A DNA stretch of 63,939 nucleotides, filler included, from Barthelona sp. PAP020 (Eukaryota): assembly GCA_040182905.1 (NCBI GenBank). It is 3 parts of 3 records of this genome, joined end to end, with 100 filler letters (N's around TTAATTAATTAA, not from the genome) between each part and the next. Parts side by side here need not be neighbours in the genome. Positions count along the whole stretch, not along the records: positions 24,797 to 49,459 come from JARQWU010000152.1; positions 49,560 to 63,939 come from JARQWU010000301.1; 1 more part is not named here. One strand, given 5' to 3'. This document shows, piece by piece, positions 42,777 to 54,082 of this stretch (position 1 is its first letter; every line of letters begins with the position of its first letter). The notes below the pieces were generated by a model, which had not been told where the DNA came from, made no database searches, and was given only the letters and a program-made list of their open reading frames with translations. A program made the position numbers and the translations under genes.

Positions 42777-45212
42777 TTATTTTTTTAATTTTTCCTTTTT
42801 TTTTAATTTTGACTTCTTGTGATTGGAATGATTAATTCTTACATGCTTTGTTTGGATCAAGTCATCTAAATTAGTTGTTTTGGTGGTCATAGGTAATTTT
42901 TGTCCTTTATAAATTGGATACCAAATACCAGTGTCTAAATTTTTCAATTTTTTCAAAGTGTTTGCACTACTTTTTGAAATGTTTGTCAAAACTTTTATCA
43001 CGTCTTCCAAAAGGTTAGAATAAAATTCATCCAAAATAACATTTGAACGTTTGAATTTCAAATTTGAATCAACATCTAACACCCAAACATTCAAATCAGC
43101 ATCAACACAGAATTTGAACTCAAAAATTTCAAAACAAGCATTCGATATGTCATCTGCCCTTTCAAAGAATGGTTTTAAAGAACAAATGATGATGTTAATC
43201 ATTTGTGGAATGAAGTGACCAAAATAAATATTAGTAGGAAAAATAAATCTAGCAAATTCCATTGATGAATCATTCTCAAGAAAATCGGCATATTCTTGAT
43301 CTTTTACGTGTTGTTTGAATTCACTATGATGGGAAGAAAGATTGTTCAAATTATCTACATTTAAATTAAACTTAGCAAAGCTGTTCCAAATAACTAGACT
43401 CTCTTTCGTCATATATATCGTCAAAGGATTTAAATTTGTAACTAAGACATGCTGTAGTATCTCATATTTATAGTTTTTATACAATAATGGGCATTCCACG
43501 TACTTTTGAATTAAACAAAAATCTTTCGTGGAAAATAATTCAAAAAATTCCGAAAGTTTGGAAAACATCCTTGGTTTTTTTGAAAGAAAGTTTGATTTAC
43601 ACAACCAAATATTCTTATGTCCTTCAATCACGTTTTGTTCATTTGTGAAATGTCTTAGAATCTCTTTTGAATGTGTCAAGACAGTAGAAAGTATTTTCTC
43701 AAAATTCTTTTCATACGAATGAACGTTGAAGGGAAGACTAGGTAACAAATCATATAACAATGATAAATTATTGTCAACAATCAGTTGTTTGAGATATTCC
43801 CTTGGTGATATCTCTTCAATAGGTTCCATATAGTTTTTGGACAGAACAATCATGTCCAAATTCTGATCTGATTCGTTCAACAACTTTGAATACCTATTAA
43901 ACATTTGTTCATATGCAGTCCAATCATCATGAAGTACTTGCCATTCAAAACCAGACAACAACTGTGCATGATGTAAACGATCGTCGAATGATATTCTATG
44001 TTGTTGAGCTGCTAGGTTTTGCAAGAATTTCAAGGACAATGAGTTCAAAACGGTGTTGAACAAATTAAAGTGGACGCTATCGGCAGAAACCCTCTCGAAA
44101 GATCTGAGTGGAACATGGATTTCATTTGCCAAAAAAGTAATTTCACCCTTCCTCAACAAGTTAGTGATCAAAATTGATTTTGTTAATTGAACACGAAACG
44201 CCAAAAAAAAATTTAAAAAGTCGAAATCATCAAAACAATGAAAGCTATTTGGATAAAACTTTCGAAAGTTTTGATCGGAATACAGATGCTGACTTCTCAT
44301 TAACTTGAAAAAGCCTTCCTTTGTGCTTAAATATTCATTATTTAGGAAATGATTCACTTCCTGCTTGGGACCTGGGGGATTCCTCTTTATATCAATGCCT
44401 TTTTCCAAGAATTTCAGATCAAAATAGGGAAAATCCAGGTCAAAGTTTCGAACCCAACCCAAATCAATTAAAACACTACTTAATGGTTCATACACATCAT
44501 CAATGACAAACAGCTTCATACCATTTATATTGTGTCGTCTTTTCCAAGCAATACTATTCTCATAAGTAGGATACAACTCTTGATAGTTCCCCACACTAAT
44601 AGAATGAAAATTAGAAGAACATAACAAGGGGTTAACTTTGGAAGAAGATGATTTGATATTTACATTCTGCTCAATAAACTTCGGAACCTTTGTATTTTCT
44701 TTTTTTATCGGAATAGCATTTGTTTTTGACTTTGAAGTTGAAGATGATGTTCTTGAAAGACTCTTTTTGGAAGTCTTTTGCGAGGTCAAATTGGAACTTG
44801 AAGTTGATTTTTCTCTTACATGGCGTCTCCTATTCTTAACAACTTTTGTTTTTTTACGTTCATTTTTATTTCTATTTTGATCAGTCATTGATGCTGCTGA
44901 TTTCAATGTATTATCTGAATTCTCACAAATTGTCGTATCTTTGGACATTTTAGATCTTTCATTTGTTTGTGTGTGTGTCTGCGATGTCTGAAATTCCATT
45001 GATTCAGAATCATCCTGTTGTAGTGAAGGTGGAATGGGAGATTGTACAATAGCAATACCTGTTCTTGATACAGATCTTTTCTTATTATGTGTTATCTCAA
45101 CAGAGGGTAAAATTATATCTCTTTCTTTATTGGGTGAAATGTAACTTTCGTTTAATTTAGATTTTCTTCGATTCTGTGTCTTTTTTCGAGTATTCATTAA
45201 GGTTGGTAACAT
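42777..45212 (-). CDS. Tubulin-tyrosine-ligase-like protein (TTLL3/8 glycylase-like), catalytically degenerate
   Basis: LGWVRN, FDLKF, QEVNHFLNNEYLSTKEG, FYPNSF, EGHKNIWLCK, LIQKYVECPLL, VLVTNLNPLTIY, FEIFEFKFCVD...VWVLDVD. Confidence 0.8.
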   Translation of the reverse strand: MLPTLMNTRKKTQNRRKSKLNESYISPNKERDIILPSVEITHNKKRSVSRTGIAIVQSPIPPSLQQDDSESMEFQTSQTHTQTNERSKMSKDTTICENSDNTLKSAASMTDQNRNKNERKKTKVVKNRRRHVREKSTSSSNLTSQKTSKKSLSRTSSSTSKSKTNAIPIKKENTKVPKFIEQNVNIKSSSSKVNPLLCSSNFHSISVGNYQELYPTYENSIAWKRRHNINGMKLFVIDDVYEPLSSVLIDLGWVRNFDLDFPYFDLKFLEKGIDIKRNPPGPKQEVNHFLNNEYLSTKEGFFKLMRSQHLYSDQNFRKFYPNSFHCFDDFDFLNFFLAFRVQLTKSILITNLLRKGEITFLANEIHVPLRSFERVSADSVHFNLFNTVLNSLSLKFLQNLAAQQHRISFDDRLHHAQLLSGFEWQVLHDDWTAYEQMFNRYSKLLNESDQNLDMIVLSKNYMEPIEEISPREYLKQLIVDNNLSLLYDLLPSLPFNVHSYEKNFEKILSTVLTHSKEILRHFTNEQNVIEGHKNIWLCKSNFLSKKPRMFSKLSEFFELFSTKDFCLIQKYVECPLLYKNYKYEILQHVLVTNLNPLTIYMTKESLVIWNSFAKFNLNVDNLNNLSSHHSEFKQHVKDQEYADFLENDSSMEFARFIFPTNIYFGHFIPQMINIIICSLKPFFERADDISNACFEIFEFKFCVDADLNVWVLDVDSNLKFKRSNVILDEFYSNLLEDVIKVLTNISKSSANTLKKLKNLDTGIWYPIYKGQKLPMTTKTTNLDDLIQTKHVRINHSNHKKSKLKKKEKLKK

Positions 45213-45450
45213 ATATTAAATTATTAAATGCATTCTATATGTTTTAAAATATATAGATAAAATAAATTCATTGTATTTCATTTTCAAACTTTATTTGTAA
45301 AACAGTCATTATAATTTTTTTATATAAAGAAATGAAAACCAACAATTTATTGACTAAAAATGCAGGCAACAAAATCCACCATTGAGAAAAAAAAATATGG
45401 ATTGACTTTTTTGTTTTTGAATTCTCTTTTGTTTTTGAATCATTAATATC

Positions 45451-47628
45451 ATGGCATTAAATTTTTTGAAATTCAAGAATGAACCAATAAGTGAAATAGA
45501 AGTTGATGAAAATTCAATTTCGATTCCTTCGAAATCAATTTTAGATGTATCTTTTGATGGTATTTCTATTGGACCTAATCAACATTTTTTAGAGCAATTT
45601 TTACCCAAATTTAAAGATTCTAAAGATCATTTAATAGTTTTTACTGGACCATCTAATGGTGGAAAAACTTTTTCATTATTTGGAGGAAAAGATAATTTGG
45701 GATTACTTCCTAAATTAACAGAACAAGCATTTTTTGAAAAGAAAAAAGTGTATATAACTGCATTAGAAATGTATCAAACTGATTTATATGATATTTTGGG
45801 TAATGGAAAGAAGATTATACATCGTAGTAAGGCTAAAGTTCTTGAGATTACCGTTGATGATGATGATTTAGCTGAAGAAAATGTATTGCTTGAAAAATTG
45901 GTTAAATTTTTCTTTTCATTATTAAAACAAAGAAAAACTGCTGCAACATACAAAAATCTTAATTCTTCCCGCAGTCATTTGATTTTGTCTTTATTTGTTG
46001 CTGAAGCAAATTATGATTTTGATACTGAACAGAACGAAGAATCCACTGAACATTTTTTAAATGACTTTAATGTTCAAAAGTTAATATTTTGTGATTTATG
46101 TGGTAATGAAAGGGTTACGGAAACTCAAGCAACTGGTACAAGATTAGCTGAAGCAAATATTATCAACACGGATCTTATGTTTTTTTGGACTTGGATTCGA
46201 GGTATAAGTAAGGGTGTACATGTGTCTGAAAGAAACTCTTCCTTGACTTTCCTCTTATCTAAGATGTTAAGAGGTCATGGGAAAGTACAAACTGTTTTAA
46301 TTAATTGTGTTGATGGAGATGATCTAACCAATGTCAATGAAGCTTTGAAGAATAGTAGATTTACCGATAGTGCCTTTACCAGATTATCCACTAGAAAGAG
46401 TCTTTTACCTCAAAATATGCAACAGAATAATCAACAGAAGGGTTATGTTGATATTTCTAAGGAAGAATTAGAAGAACTGTACACCAAGATTAATAGTTTG
46501 GAAAGGGAAAATGAAATGCTGCGAAATTCAGTTGAAAATATGGCAGACAATACTCAATCGCAATTACAAACATTGACTGAAGACTTACGTCAAAGAACAA
46601 ACAAATTAGCAACTTATATCTCCAAATATGAAGCCTTAAATGTTAGTTGTAATGAATTGATCGATTCTAATGAGTATTTAAGAGATGAAAATGAAAAACT
46701 AAAGCAAAGGATAGAAGGATTAGTGAAAACTCAAAGTCTGCATGTGATTAAGGGTAATACCCCTTTGAGTAAACAAAACAACACTAGTAGCGTCATTTCA
46801 AAATTCAAAAATGGTAAAAACTCATCCAAGGCACAATTGGAAGATGAAAATAGATTGAGATCCAGCTCTAAGTTCAACATCAAGGCTCAAACGAAAACTC
46901 CAGTATCTTTAGCTGTCGAAGATCCAAATGGTAAACGTACTTTGTTATATCAAGGTTTCGCTACTCCTACTAAGACTGGAGGTACTGCTGTTACTTTTGA
47001 AACTATAACATATGCTGAAGAACGACTATTTGAAGATGATGAACCCGAAATAGTTGATAAATATCATTTCAATGATCAGATGATGGCAACATCATCATCA
47101 TCATCATCATCATTGTCAGAATCTCATCATAGTTCAAAGTTTGAATTTGAGGAAGATGATATTGATGTGGGAATTACCAAAACTCCAGAAATGAGATCAA
47201 AACAAGAGAAAATTGCTGCAGAACAGTCTCAAATGAAATCTGTGGCAATGATTTTCTCACCAGATCCCAGATTCAATCAGCAACAAAAAGAAGAAGAGTT
47301 TGATAAAGAACCCAAACAAGAATCACAACAAGTCGAACAAATCATGGAAATCATGGATGAAACTCCAAAGAAACATATTGGGGGACCAAATTCAAAATAT
47401 TCTCAATTCATGAAACATGGTACACCTTTGAAGAATTCTCCTCTAAGAAATCAAATAAATGTATTTTCTGAAGAAACAGTTTTAGCAAAAGAGATATCTA
47501 TTACCACAGAAATGGATATTTTTTCACCTGCAATATCTAACGTTGATTTTGGGAAATCTACAGACAAGTTTAATATTGATGTTGATGTTGAAATAGAGAC
47601 TCCAATTAAAATGGCACCAGATCTCTAA
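45451..47628 (+). CDS. Divergent kinesin motor protein
   Basis: P-loop GPSNGGKT, ALEMYQ, switch I NLNSSRSH, switch II DLCGNER, EANIINTDL, RNSSLTFLL; coiled coil and low-complexity tail. Confidence 0.9.
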   Translation: MALNFLKFKNEPISEIEVDENSISIPSKSILDVSFDGISIGPNQHFLEQFLPKFKDSKDHLIVFTGPSNGGKTFSLFGGKDNLGLLPKLTEQAFFEKKKVYITALEMYQTDLYDILGNGKKIIHRSKAKVLEITVDDDDLAEENVLLEKLVKFFFSLLKQRKTAATYKNLNSSRSHLILSLFVAEANYDFDTEQNEESTEHFLNDFNVQKLIFCDLCGNERVTETQATGTRLAEANIINTDLMFFWTWIRGISKGVHVSERNSSLTFLLSKMLRGHGKVQTVLINCVDGDDLTNVNEALKNSRFTDSAFTRLSTRKSLLPQNMQQNNQQKGYVDISKEELEELYTKINSLERENEMLRNSVENMADNTQSQLQTLTEDLRQRTNKLATYISKYEALNVSCNELIDSNEYLRDENEKLKQRIEGLVKTQSLHVIKGNTPLSKQNNTSSVISKFKNGKNSSKAQLEDENRLRSSSKFNIKAQTKTPVSLAVEDPNGKRTLLYQGFATPTKTGGTAVTFETITYAEERLFEDDEPEIVDKYHFNDQMMATSSSSSSSLSESHHSSKFEFEEDDIDVGITKTPEMRSKQEKIAAEQSQMKSVAMIFSPDPRFNQQQKEEEFDKEPKQESQQVEQIMEIMDETPKKHIGGPNSKYSQFMKHGTPLKNSPLRNQINVFSEETVLAKEISITTEMDIFSPAISNVDFGKSTDKFNIDVDVEIETPIKMAPDL

Positions 47629-48105
47629 TTTCTAGCAAATAATTTGGTATTAGATTTAAAAATATGCTTGACTGATTAGATAAGGGCTAATTTTGTTTGT
47701 TGAAAAATTTGTGATAATATGGGTCGTACTTGTACTATGACTCATCATTTGACTTGAAATTTTCCCAATCTTTTCTTATTTTTTCTTTTCATATTTTTTT
47801 TTTCTTGTTTGTTTTTGCTTTTATTTATGTGCTATGTTAATACTGAAATAAAGTTAAATTTAAGTTTTTTTTTTTTCAACAACTAGCCTAATCATTTTCT
47901 GAACAAAAAGCACTGTGCGTATTAGTGAAAGGGAAGGAAAAGTGTCTGTTGGGTTGAAGACTTTTGAGACCTGATTGATCCGTTGCTCCTTTTAAATTTG
48001 GGAAGTGAAAGTTTACATTGCAAAATTTAACTCAATACAAAAAAGATGGATAAGATTGAAGCTTTGTTCCATCAGTTGGAGTTAAATTTATCAGATTTAT
48101 TTCCA

Positions 48106-48196
48106 AGCCAAGAAGCACTCTGCGTATGAGTGAATAAAAAAGAATAGTGTTTGTTTGGTTAAAGGCTTTCGAGGGCCGATTGATTTGTTGAAACAT
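48106..48196 (-). repeat. Dispersed relic coding fragment, homologous to 13801-13890
   Basis: See 13801-13890; lies in a gene-free stretch of about 1.6 kb upstream of the tRNA. Confidence 0.75.
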
Positions 48197-49260
48197 TCGA
48201 TTCTCCAAAAGTTAAAATTTGAACTATATGATTATATATTTGGCAAATCAACAAAAAAGAAGACCGGAATTCTTTCCCAACGGCATAATTTGGATTCATA
48301 CAGCAAAATTTCAGTCTGGATCTCACACCCTGAGTTTTGACCGAAATGTCCTAAAATGACTTTTTGGTTTTCTTTCGCTGTATCAGTTTGTGTCACCATT
48401 AGACCAAAGTCTCATGCCACTTTTATCTTTTCCTAATGTTACGATACCGATTGTTGGAGTCCAACCCAACAAGAACAAAAAAACAATTATAAATGATGTT
48501 GCCTTTATTTAAATAAATCGAAGGTTATCACACTAACAACATAAGAGGCTCATTGAAGAAGTGAAAAAGGTTTCTTCAATGCAAAACAAAGAGAAAATTT
48601 GGTGAATACATATTGAACTCTTGTAAGTTCAATTTGTGAATTTCGTGAGTACAAATATGTCAATACCATCACTGCATCAACAAATCTGCAAAATAAATTG
48701 GAACAATGTCTTTTGTTTAAAATATTCGAACAAACATCATCATGACAAACTTTCATAATTGTGTAACATTTTCACAATGTTCAAATTAATGTCAAAAACT
48801 CAATTGGATACATCAATTCGAAAAAGGAGGTCTCAAAAAACAACTAAATAACCCCTTGAAAAAGATTTCTCATACTAGTCTACTTACTCTACTCATTTCA
48901 TTTGGATAACGACAAAAAATTTTATTTTCTCTCAGGTAAAGTTAAATTTCAAACTTTTGCTTTTGCAAAATATAAAATAGGAATGAAGAATTTCTCTGAA
49001 ATTCTCATACTTGATTATTTCAATTACATTTTAGTTCCTCAATGCCCCTCCTGGGATTTTGCCTGAAATTTGCTAGAATGAGTTTTCTGAGTTTACTTTC
49101 TTTGTAAATAAATATAGTTATTTTACAACTGGACCAAATAAAAAGGAAAATTTATTATTTTACTGTCAAATTGATTTAATTTTAATAATAATTTTTCTAT
49201 TTAAAATAGAACTTTTAAAATTATCATATCAATATGGTGACAGAAGAAATAGTTCTCAGT

Positions 49261-49334
49261 TCCTCTCTAGCTCAGTACGGTAGAGTTTCCGGCTTTTAAC
49301 CGGACGGTCGCGGGTTCGAGCCCCGTGGGAGGAG
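49261..49334 (+). tRNA. tRNA-Lys (anticodon UUU), intronless
   Basis: Cloverleaf: acceptor TCCTCTC/GGGAGGA, D arm GCTC-AGTACGGTA-GAGT, anticodon arm TCCGG-CTTTTAA-CCGGA, T arm GCGGG-TTCGAGC-CCCGT, discriminator G; no encoded CCA; T-run shortly downstream. Confidence 0.96.
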
Positions 49335-49459
49335 TAGTTTTGTAAATGAAATAATTAGGAAGAGGATCGAGTCTTTGAAATCGGGAAATTCATGATTCAT
49401 TTCAACAATAAATTCTGAACAGTTTATATCCAACTCTTAGGTGTGTGTGTGTGGGGGGG

Positions 49460-49559
49460 NNNNNNNNNNNNNNNNNNNNNNNNNNNNNNNNNNNNNNNNN
49501 NNNTTAATTAATTAANNNNNNNNNNNNNNNNNNNNNNNNNNNNNNNNNNNNNNNNNNNN
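49460..49559. other. Assembly gap spacer
   Basis: 100-nt N run with TTAATTAATTAA; flanked by (GT)n and G-runs that plausibly broke the assembly. Confidence 0.98.
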
Positions 49560-50032
49560 GGGGGTGTTGTGGTTGAGATGTTAGCAGCGTGATCTTTCTT
49601 TCCCTCTATAAAAAAAAAAGAAATTGAATTCGTAGAAACTGGACTACCTTACAACAAAACAGATAATGTAAAATAAAATTTTTTCACTCCAAACTTTTGA
49701 AACTTTTAAAACTTTTGAAAGGTGACAAGGAAACCTATTTTTTTCTTAATGATTTGGCAAATATCTCTTCCACATTTATGGAGTTCTGGTTGTAAACTGA
49801 TTCATTTATTAACGTACAAGCATTGAAACCTGTACGAGTTGGATATTTTCCGATTTTGAAAATTTCGCTGTACAAGCTCAAAAAAAAATAAAAATTGAAA
49901 AAGAATATTTACATTATAAGCAAAGGTAGAGCAAAGATAACAAGTGATTAAAAAATGATATTGACTCGATTGCTGTGTTACTTGACAAAAAAAGATTAAA
50001 AAGACAAAAAAAAAAAAAAAACTAGGACACGT

Positions 50033-51076
50033 TCAATTCGATGGTGAGAATAAATTGCCAACAGGTAATAAAATGGACACCTTTTGATTGTTGAACGTCT
50101 CTTTAACATTCCTTTTAAAATTATCATTTTTAAGAACTCTAGTTGTCTGTTTCTTGCTTTTTAATAAGTTTTGTAATGAAAGCATCTCAACATTTCGATT
50201 TTTAGTTTCAGCCATAAAGAATGGGTGTTTTAGGATTTGTTTTGCAGACCATCTATCAGGAGGATAACAAATCATATGTTCTAACAAATCAATAATATCT
50301 GGAGAAGCATTAGGCAAAAACTTAGCAAGTGATTGTTTCGGTTGGTGAGTTAAGATAACCTTTGAAAAATCAGGCAATTGCGTAACTTCGGGCCAACAAC
50401 TAATATCAGGTGTTCCAATAATATTAGCTGTCCTCAATAATTGGTCGATGTCTGTATCTCCACAAATTAATGGTGACCCATTAATTAGCTGAGCAAAAAC
50501 AAGCCCTGCAGCATAAACATCAATCCCTTCATCATAATCTCGACTTCCCCACAACAGTTCGGGAGCTCTGTACCATCTTGTGGCTACTTCGTTACTCAAA
50601 GGTCTTTTATTATTGACAGATACAGCTAAACCAAAATCTCCAATAACAACTCTTCCATCCTTGGAAATCAGTATGTTGGAGGGTTTTATATCACGATGAA
50701 TAACATGATTCTTGTGTAAGTATTCTAAAGCCAAAAAAATACTTTTCATTATAATACGAACTTCATTCAAATATAATAAACCATTGTTAATTTTGATAAT
50801 TTGACTCAAATCATACTCAAAAAATTCAAAAACAATCGTTATATCCGAATTACGAATAAAAATATCATAAATCGTAACAATATTGGGATGATTTAATTGC
50901 TTAAGCAACGTAATTTCTCTTATTAAATCTAATGAAAATACAGTTGTACTTCGAGAGCAATTTATTTGTTTCAATGCAATTTCTTCATTTGAATTTGCAA
51001 TCTTTCCTCGATAAACTATTCCAAATCTTCCTTCGTTATGAATTTCATCAACTATATATTCAGAAGCATCAAACAT
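50033..51076 (-). CDS. Cyclin-dependent kinase, CDK20/CCRK-like
   Basis: EGRFGIVY, IALK, LIREITLL, HRDIKPSN, DFGLA, VATRWYRAPELLWGSRDYDEGID, LINGSPLICGDTDIDQL; the last two are characteristic of CDK20. Confidence 0.85.
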   Translation of the reverse strand: MFDASEYIVDEIHNEGRFGIVYRGKIANSNEEIALKQINCSRSTTVFSLDLIREITLLKQLNHPNIVTIYDIFIRNSDITIVFEFFEYDLSQIIKINNGLLYLNEVRIIMKSIFLALEYLHKNHVIHRDIKPSNILISKDGRVVIGDFGLAVSVNNKRPLSNEVATRWYRAPELLWGSRDYDEGIDVYAAGLVFAQLINGSPLICGDTDIDQLLRTANIIGTPDISCWPEVTQLPDFSKVILTHQPKQSLAKFLPNASPDIIDLLEHMICYPPDRWSAKQILKHPFFMAETKNRNVEMLSLQNLLKSKKQTTRVLKNDNFKRNVKETFNNQKVSILLPVGNLFSPSN

Positions 51077-51525
51077 TCACAATAATATTGAGATAGTAAT
51101 TTTTTTTTGAAAAGAAAACATTTTTCTTTATTTGTTTGGTAATTATCATATTTTATTGTTTTTAAAATGCTATTTATAAACTATATTTTGAAAAACACAT
51201 TTGAATTTTGAATAAAAATTTTAAATTTTAAAATACAAAGTCGAAAGAAAGATGCAAAGCAATTAATACAAATCAATCTTTATAAAAAAAAGGTCTGTTT
51301 ATCAAAAAAAATGGATTTTTATTTTGGGAAAGTATTTTTCAATTATTTTTTCAGTTATTGAACATTTTCAAGTTGAAAAGGGAGTTAATGTTAATAATAA
51401 CTCATAAGGAATGTAATTTCGCGAAGATTTCGGAACTCTAAAAAAATTTTACATCGTTTGTTGAAAGCGCTAAAATTTTTATTTTTTAAAAAGCGATTCA
51501 TATTAGTCTATTTGTATATTTTTGA

Positions 51526-53895
51526 ATGAATAATTCAGCTTTTAAAACTTGGAAGTTCAATGAAGATTATCGAAATGATTTAAATGAAGTTCTTGATGAT
51601 AGTAAACCAAAGATTGTCAATTGTATTGAAGATGGAAAAAATGTTTTTCAATTTAGTTCATCTAATCCTTTTGCAGTTATATCACAAAGACAAGAAGATT
51701 CTCCATTAATTTCTTTGAATTCTTCTTTTATTACAATAGAACATAATAAAATTGAGGCTCAACCCATTGTAGATTTATGTAATTCCAATTCTACCATCAA
51801 TTCATGTTTCGATGAACTTTCAATTGATTGTTCGTCAGCAGGGTTTGTAACACCTTTATCACCTTCATTTTCAACTGAATTGTGTTCTGTTGGCACTTCG
51901 AGAATGTCATCTTCGTCTGATATTGTGTTTCCAGATGAAATTGATATTCAAAACCTGAAAACCATAAGCAATCCTTTCTATAATGTTCAATGTTCTTTTG
52001 ATATGGTCAATGGAAATGCAAATGCAAACAGTATTAATGAAAATTTATTGGATGATTCTGAGACTGTTGACAACATGAGATTGAATGAAGAAAATGAAAG
52101 TCCCTTATTAAATGATACTTCTTTTTTAGCAAGACCTAATAGTGTTACTGAGGTTTTTTGTGGTAGTTGTAAGAAAGAGGAAAAGATACAAAAACAAGAT
52201 AATGTTCATCAACATCATCATCATGGGTCATCTGATTCTGTATTAAGAACCACTTTTTCAATTACCAATGATGATTTGCTTGAATCTAAACGTAGTTTAA
52301 TTGATTTCACTTCAAATACCAGCAAAAATGAAGATGTTGCTAAACATAATGCGGAAGATATTAATGAGTTTTTTTCAATTTTGGAGATCATTGCCAGATT
52401 ATCTTCAAAAATGAATTTTTTTTGGCATGATCAGAAACCTTTTGAATATTTAAATTTCGTTCATCAATATGATTGGGGAAGAGATTTAGTACCAATGTTA
52501 GCAAAATTCTATTCTATACTGAAAAAATTGATCATTGAAAGATGTAATCAACGTCAAAAAATGGTTGATACATTCTTTTATCACAATGAAAACGAAAAGG
52601 ATTACGGAATCAATATTTTCGAATATTCAGGAGAATTTTTAGCAAGCTTTTTCAATTGTTTATGGGTCTTAATCTTTAATAATGAAACTGGTGTGATTAA
52701 ATATGTATCTGAGAATTTTGTTGACTTTTTTAAACTATTTAAGCAGTATATTACAAGTTCAAAGACATTTGACATGTTTTTGTTCTCTCGATTTCTTTTT
52801 TTATTCGCAAGTCTTTTGAGATTGAAAAAAATTAATTTTTTCTCGTTTGAATCCATTTCCAGCATATATCTCGATCTATTTAGTATTTTCTTCTTGTATT
52901 TAAATGTTAATAACATGGATAAGATATACAAAGAAAGCATTTTTATATATAACATATTTTCGGAATTTTTATTTCCAATTCAAAAGAAGGATTTGAGACG
53001 ATTAACAAATGAACAAAGAATTTGTTTAATTGAAAATCACTTCAAATCTTTGGGAAAGTTTCAAAAAATTTATCTATTTAAAAAGAAAGATCATGAACAT
53101 TATTTGAATTGCTGTTCAGGTATTATCTTTCAATTGATTGAATTATTCTCTAATTTTCATTCTATCACATCATACCGCAATTATGTTGTTGAATTTTGTG
53201 AAAATCTTATGTTTATACTGGCAATTTTATTGAAGGTTGATATACTTCCACAGGATTTGTTGGAAAATGGCAAACATCATTTCATTTTTATTCATGTTCT
53301 CTATTCTTTGAAGTTTTGTATAGATACCTTTTCTTCCGATGACATCAATAATGACTTAACGTTGGTTAAGAACGTTGAGAGAAAAATTAATTCCAGTAAT
53401 GCAAAGAATCAGTCAATTATTTTACGAGGTTTAATCTCCATCTTATTTATGTTTGTTGTTAAATTAAGTTATTGTGTTGCTGAAAATTCTTTTGATTTGA
53501 CAATATTCTTCTTAAGTCTTTGTTTAAGTTCATTGAATGAGATTCAAGAATTTGATGAAATCGATGAATTCGACCAATTTACTGATCTATTGATGATCGG
53601 GGATAAATCAATCTTCTTTCAAAATTTGTCTGTGTTATCCAAAAAGAATATCACTTTTGGGATTATCTTTAAATTGTCATTTTTAAGAAATTCAGTCTTA
53701 CAAAATGAAAATATTTGTTCTGAAATTAATCAATCAAATTGGATTTTGGATGATTCATTGTATATTGAAGTGACAAAGGATTTAATTCGCATTTTTAAAA
53801 ATTTTTTGACAAACCCTGATTTTAAAGTTCAAGTTTCTGATGAATTTAATTCAAAAAGAGTTCAACAATCTTTGAAATCTTTGGTTTGTTTTTGA
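51526..53895 (+). CDS. Hypothetical protein (disordered N-terminus, helical C-terminus)
   Basis: 789-aa ATG-initiated ORF; no family recognised. Confidence 0.78.
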   Translation: MNNSAFKTWKFNEDYRNDLNEVLDDSKPKIVNCIEDGKNVFQFSSSNPFAVISQRQEDSPLISLNSSFITIEHNKIEAQPIVDLCNSNSTINSCFDELSIDCSSAGFVTPLSPSFSTELCSVGTSRMSSSSDIVFPDEIDIQNLKTISNPFYNVQCSFDMVNGNANANSINENLLDDSETVDNMRLNEENESPLLNDTSFLARPNSVTEVFCGSCKKEEKIQKQDNVHQHHHHGSSDSVLRTTFSITNDDLLESKRSLIDFTSNTSKNEDVAKHNAEDINEFFSILEIIARLSSKMNFFWHDQKPFEYLNFVHQYDWGRDLVPMLAKFYSILKKLIIERCNQRQKMVDTFFYHNENEKDYGINIFEYSGEFLASFFNCLWVLIFNNETGVIKYVSENFVDFFKLFKQYITSSKTFDMFLFSRFLFLFASLLRLKKINFFSFESISSIYLDLFSIFFLYLNVNNMDKIYKESIFIYNIFSEFLFPIQKKDLRRLTNEQRICLIENHFKSLGKFQKIYLFKKKDHEHYLNCCSGIIFQLIELFSNFHSITSYRNYVVEFCENLMFILAILLKVDILPQDLLENGKHHFIFIHVLYSLKFCIDTFSSDDINNDLTLVKNVERKINSSNAKNQSIILRGLISILFMFVVKLSYCVAENSFDLTIFFLSLCLSSLNEIQEFDEIDEFDQFTDLLMIGDKSIFFQNLSVLSKKNITFGIIFKLSFLRNSVLQNENICSEINQSNWILDDSLYIEVTKDLIRIFKNFLTNPDFKVQVSDEFNSKRVQQSLKSLVCF

Positions 53896-54082
53896 TGTAA
53901 ATGTATTTTTAGTTTTGATTTTTTTTTCACATTTCAAGCATTTTTGAAGACCCTTTCAAGTAATTGATTTGGAGTCTAGTTACAACAAAATTATACTTAC
54001 ATATTTACTAAGGGTTGTGCAATTCTTCAGGAATCAAAGAAACAAAGAAGATAAATTATTTAAAATTCTGATTTTTGTCTTA

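Noticed and set aside
47090..47112. (TCA)n microsatellite; also the short AAACTTTTR triplication at 49691-49720
   Set aside because: Ordinary poly-Ser slippage and low-complexity DNA.
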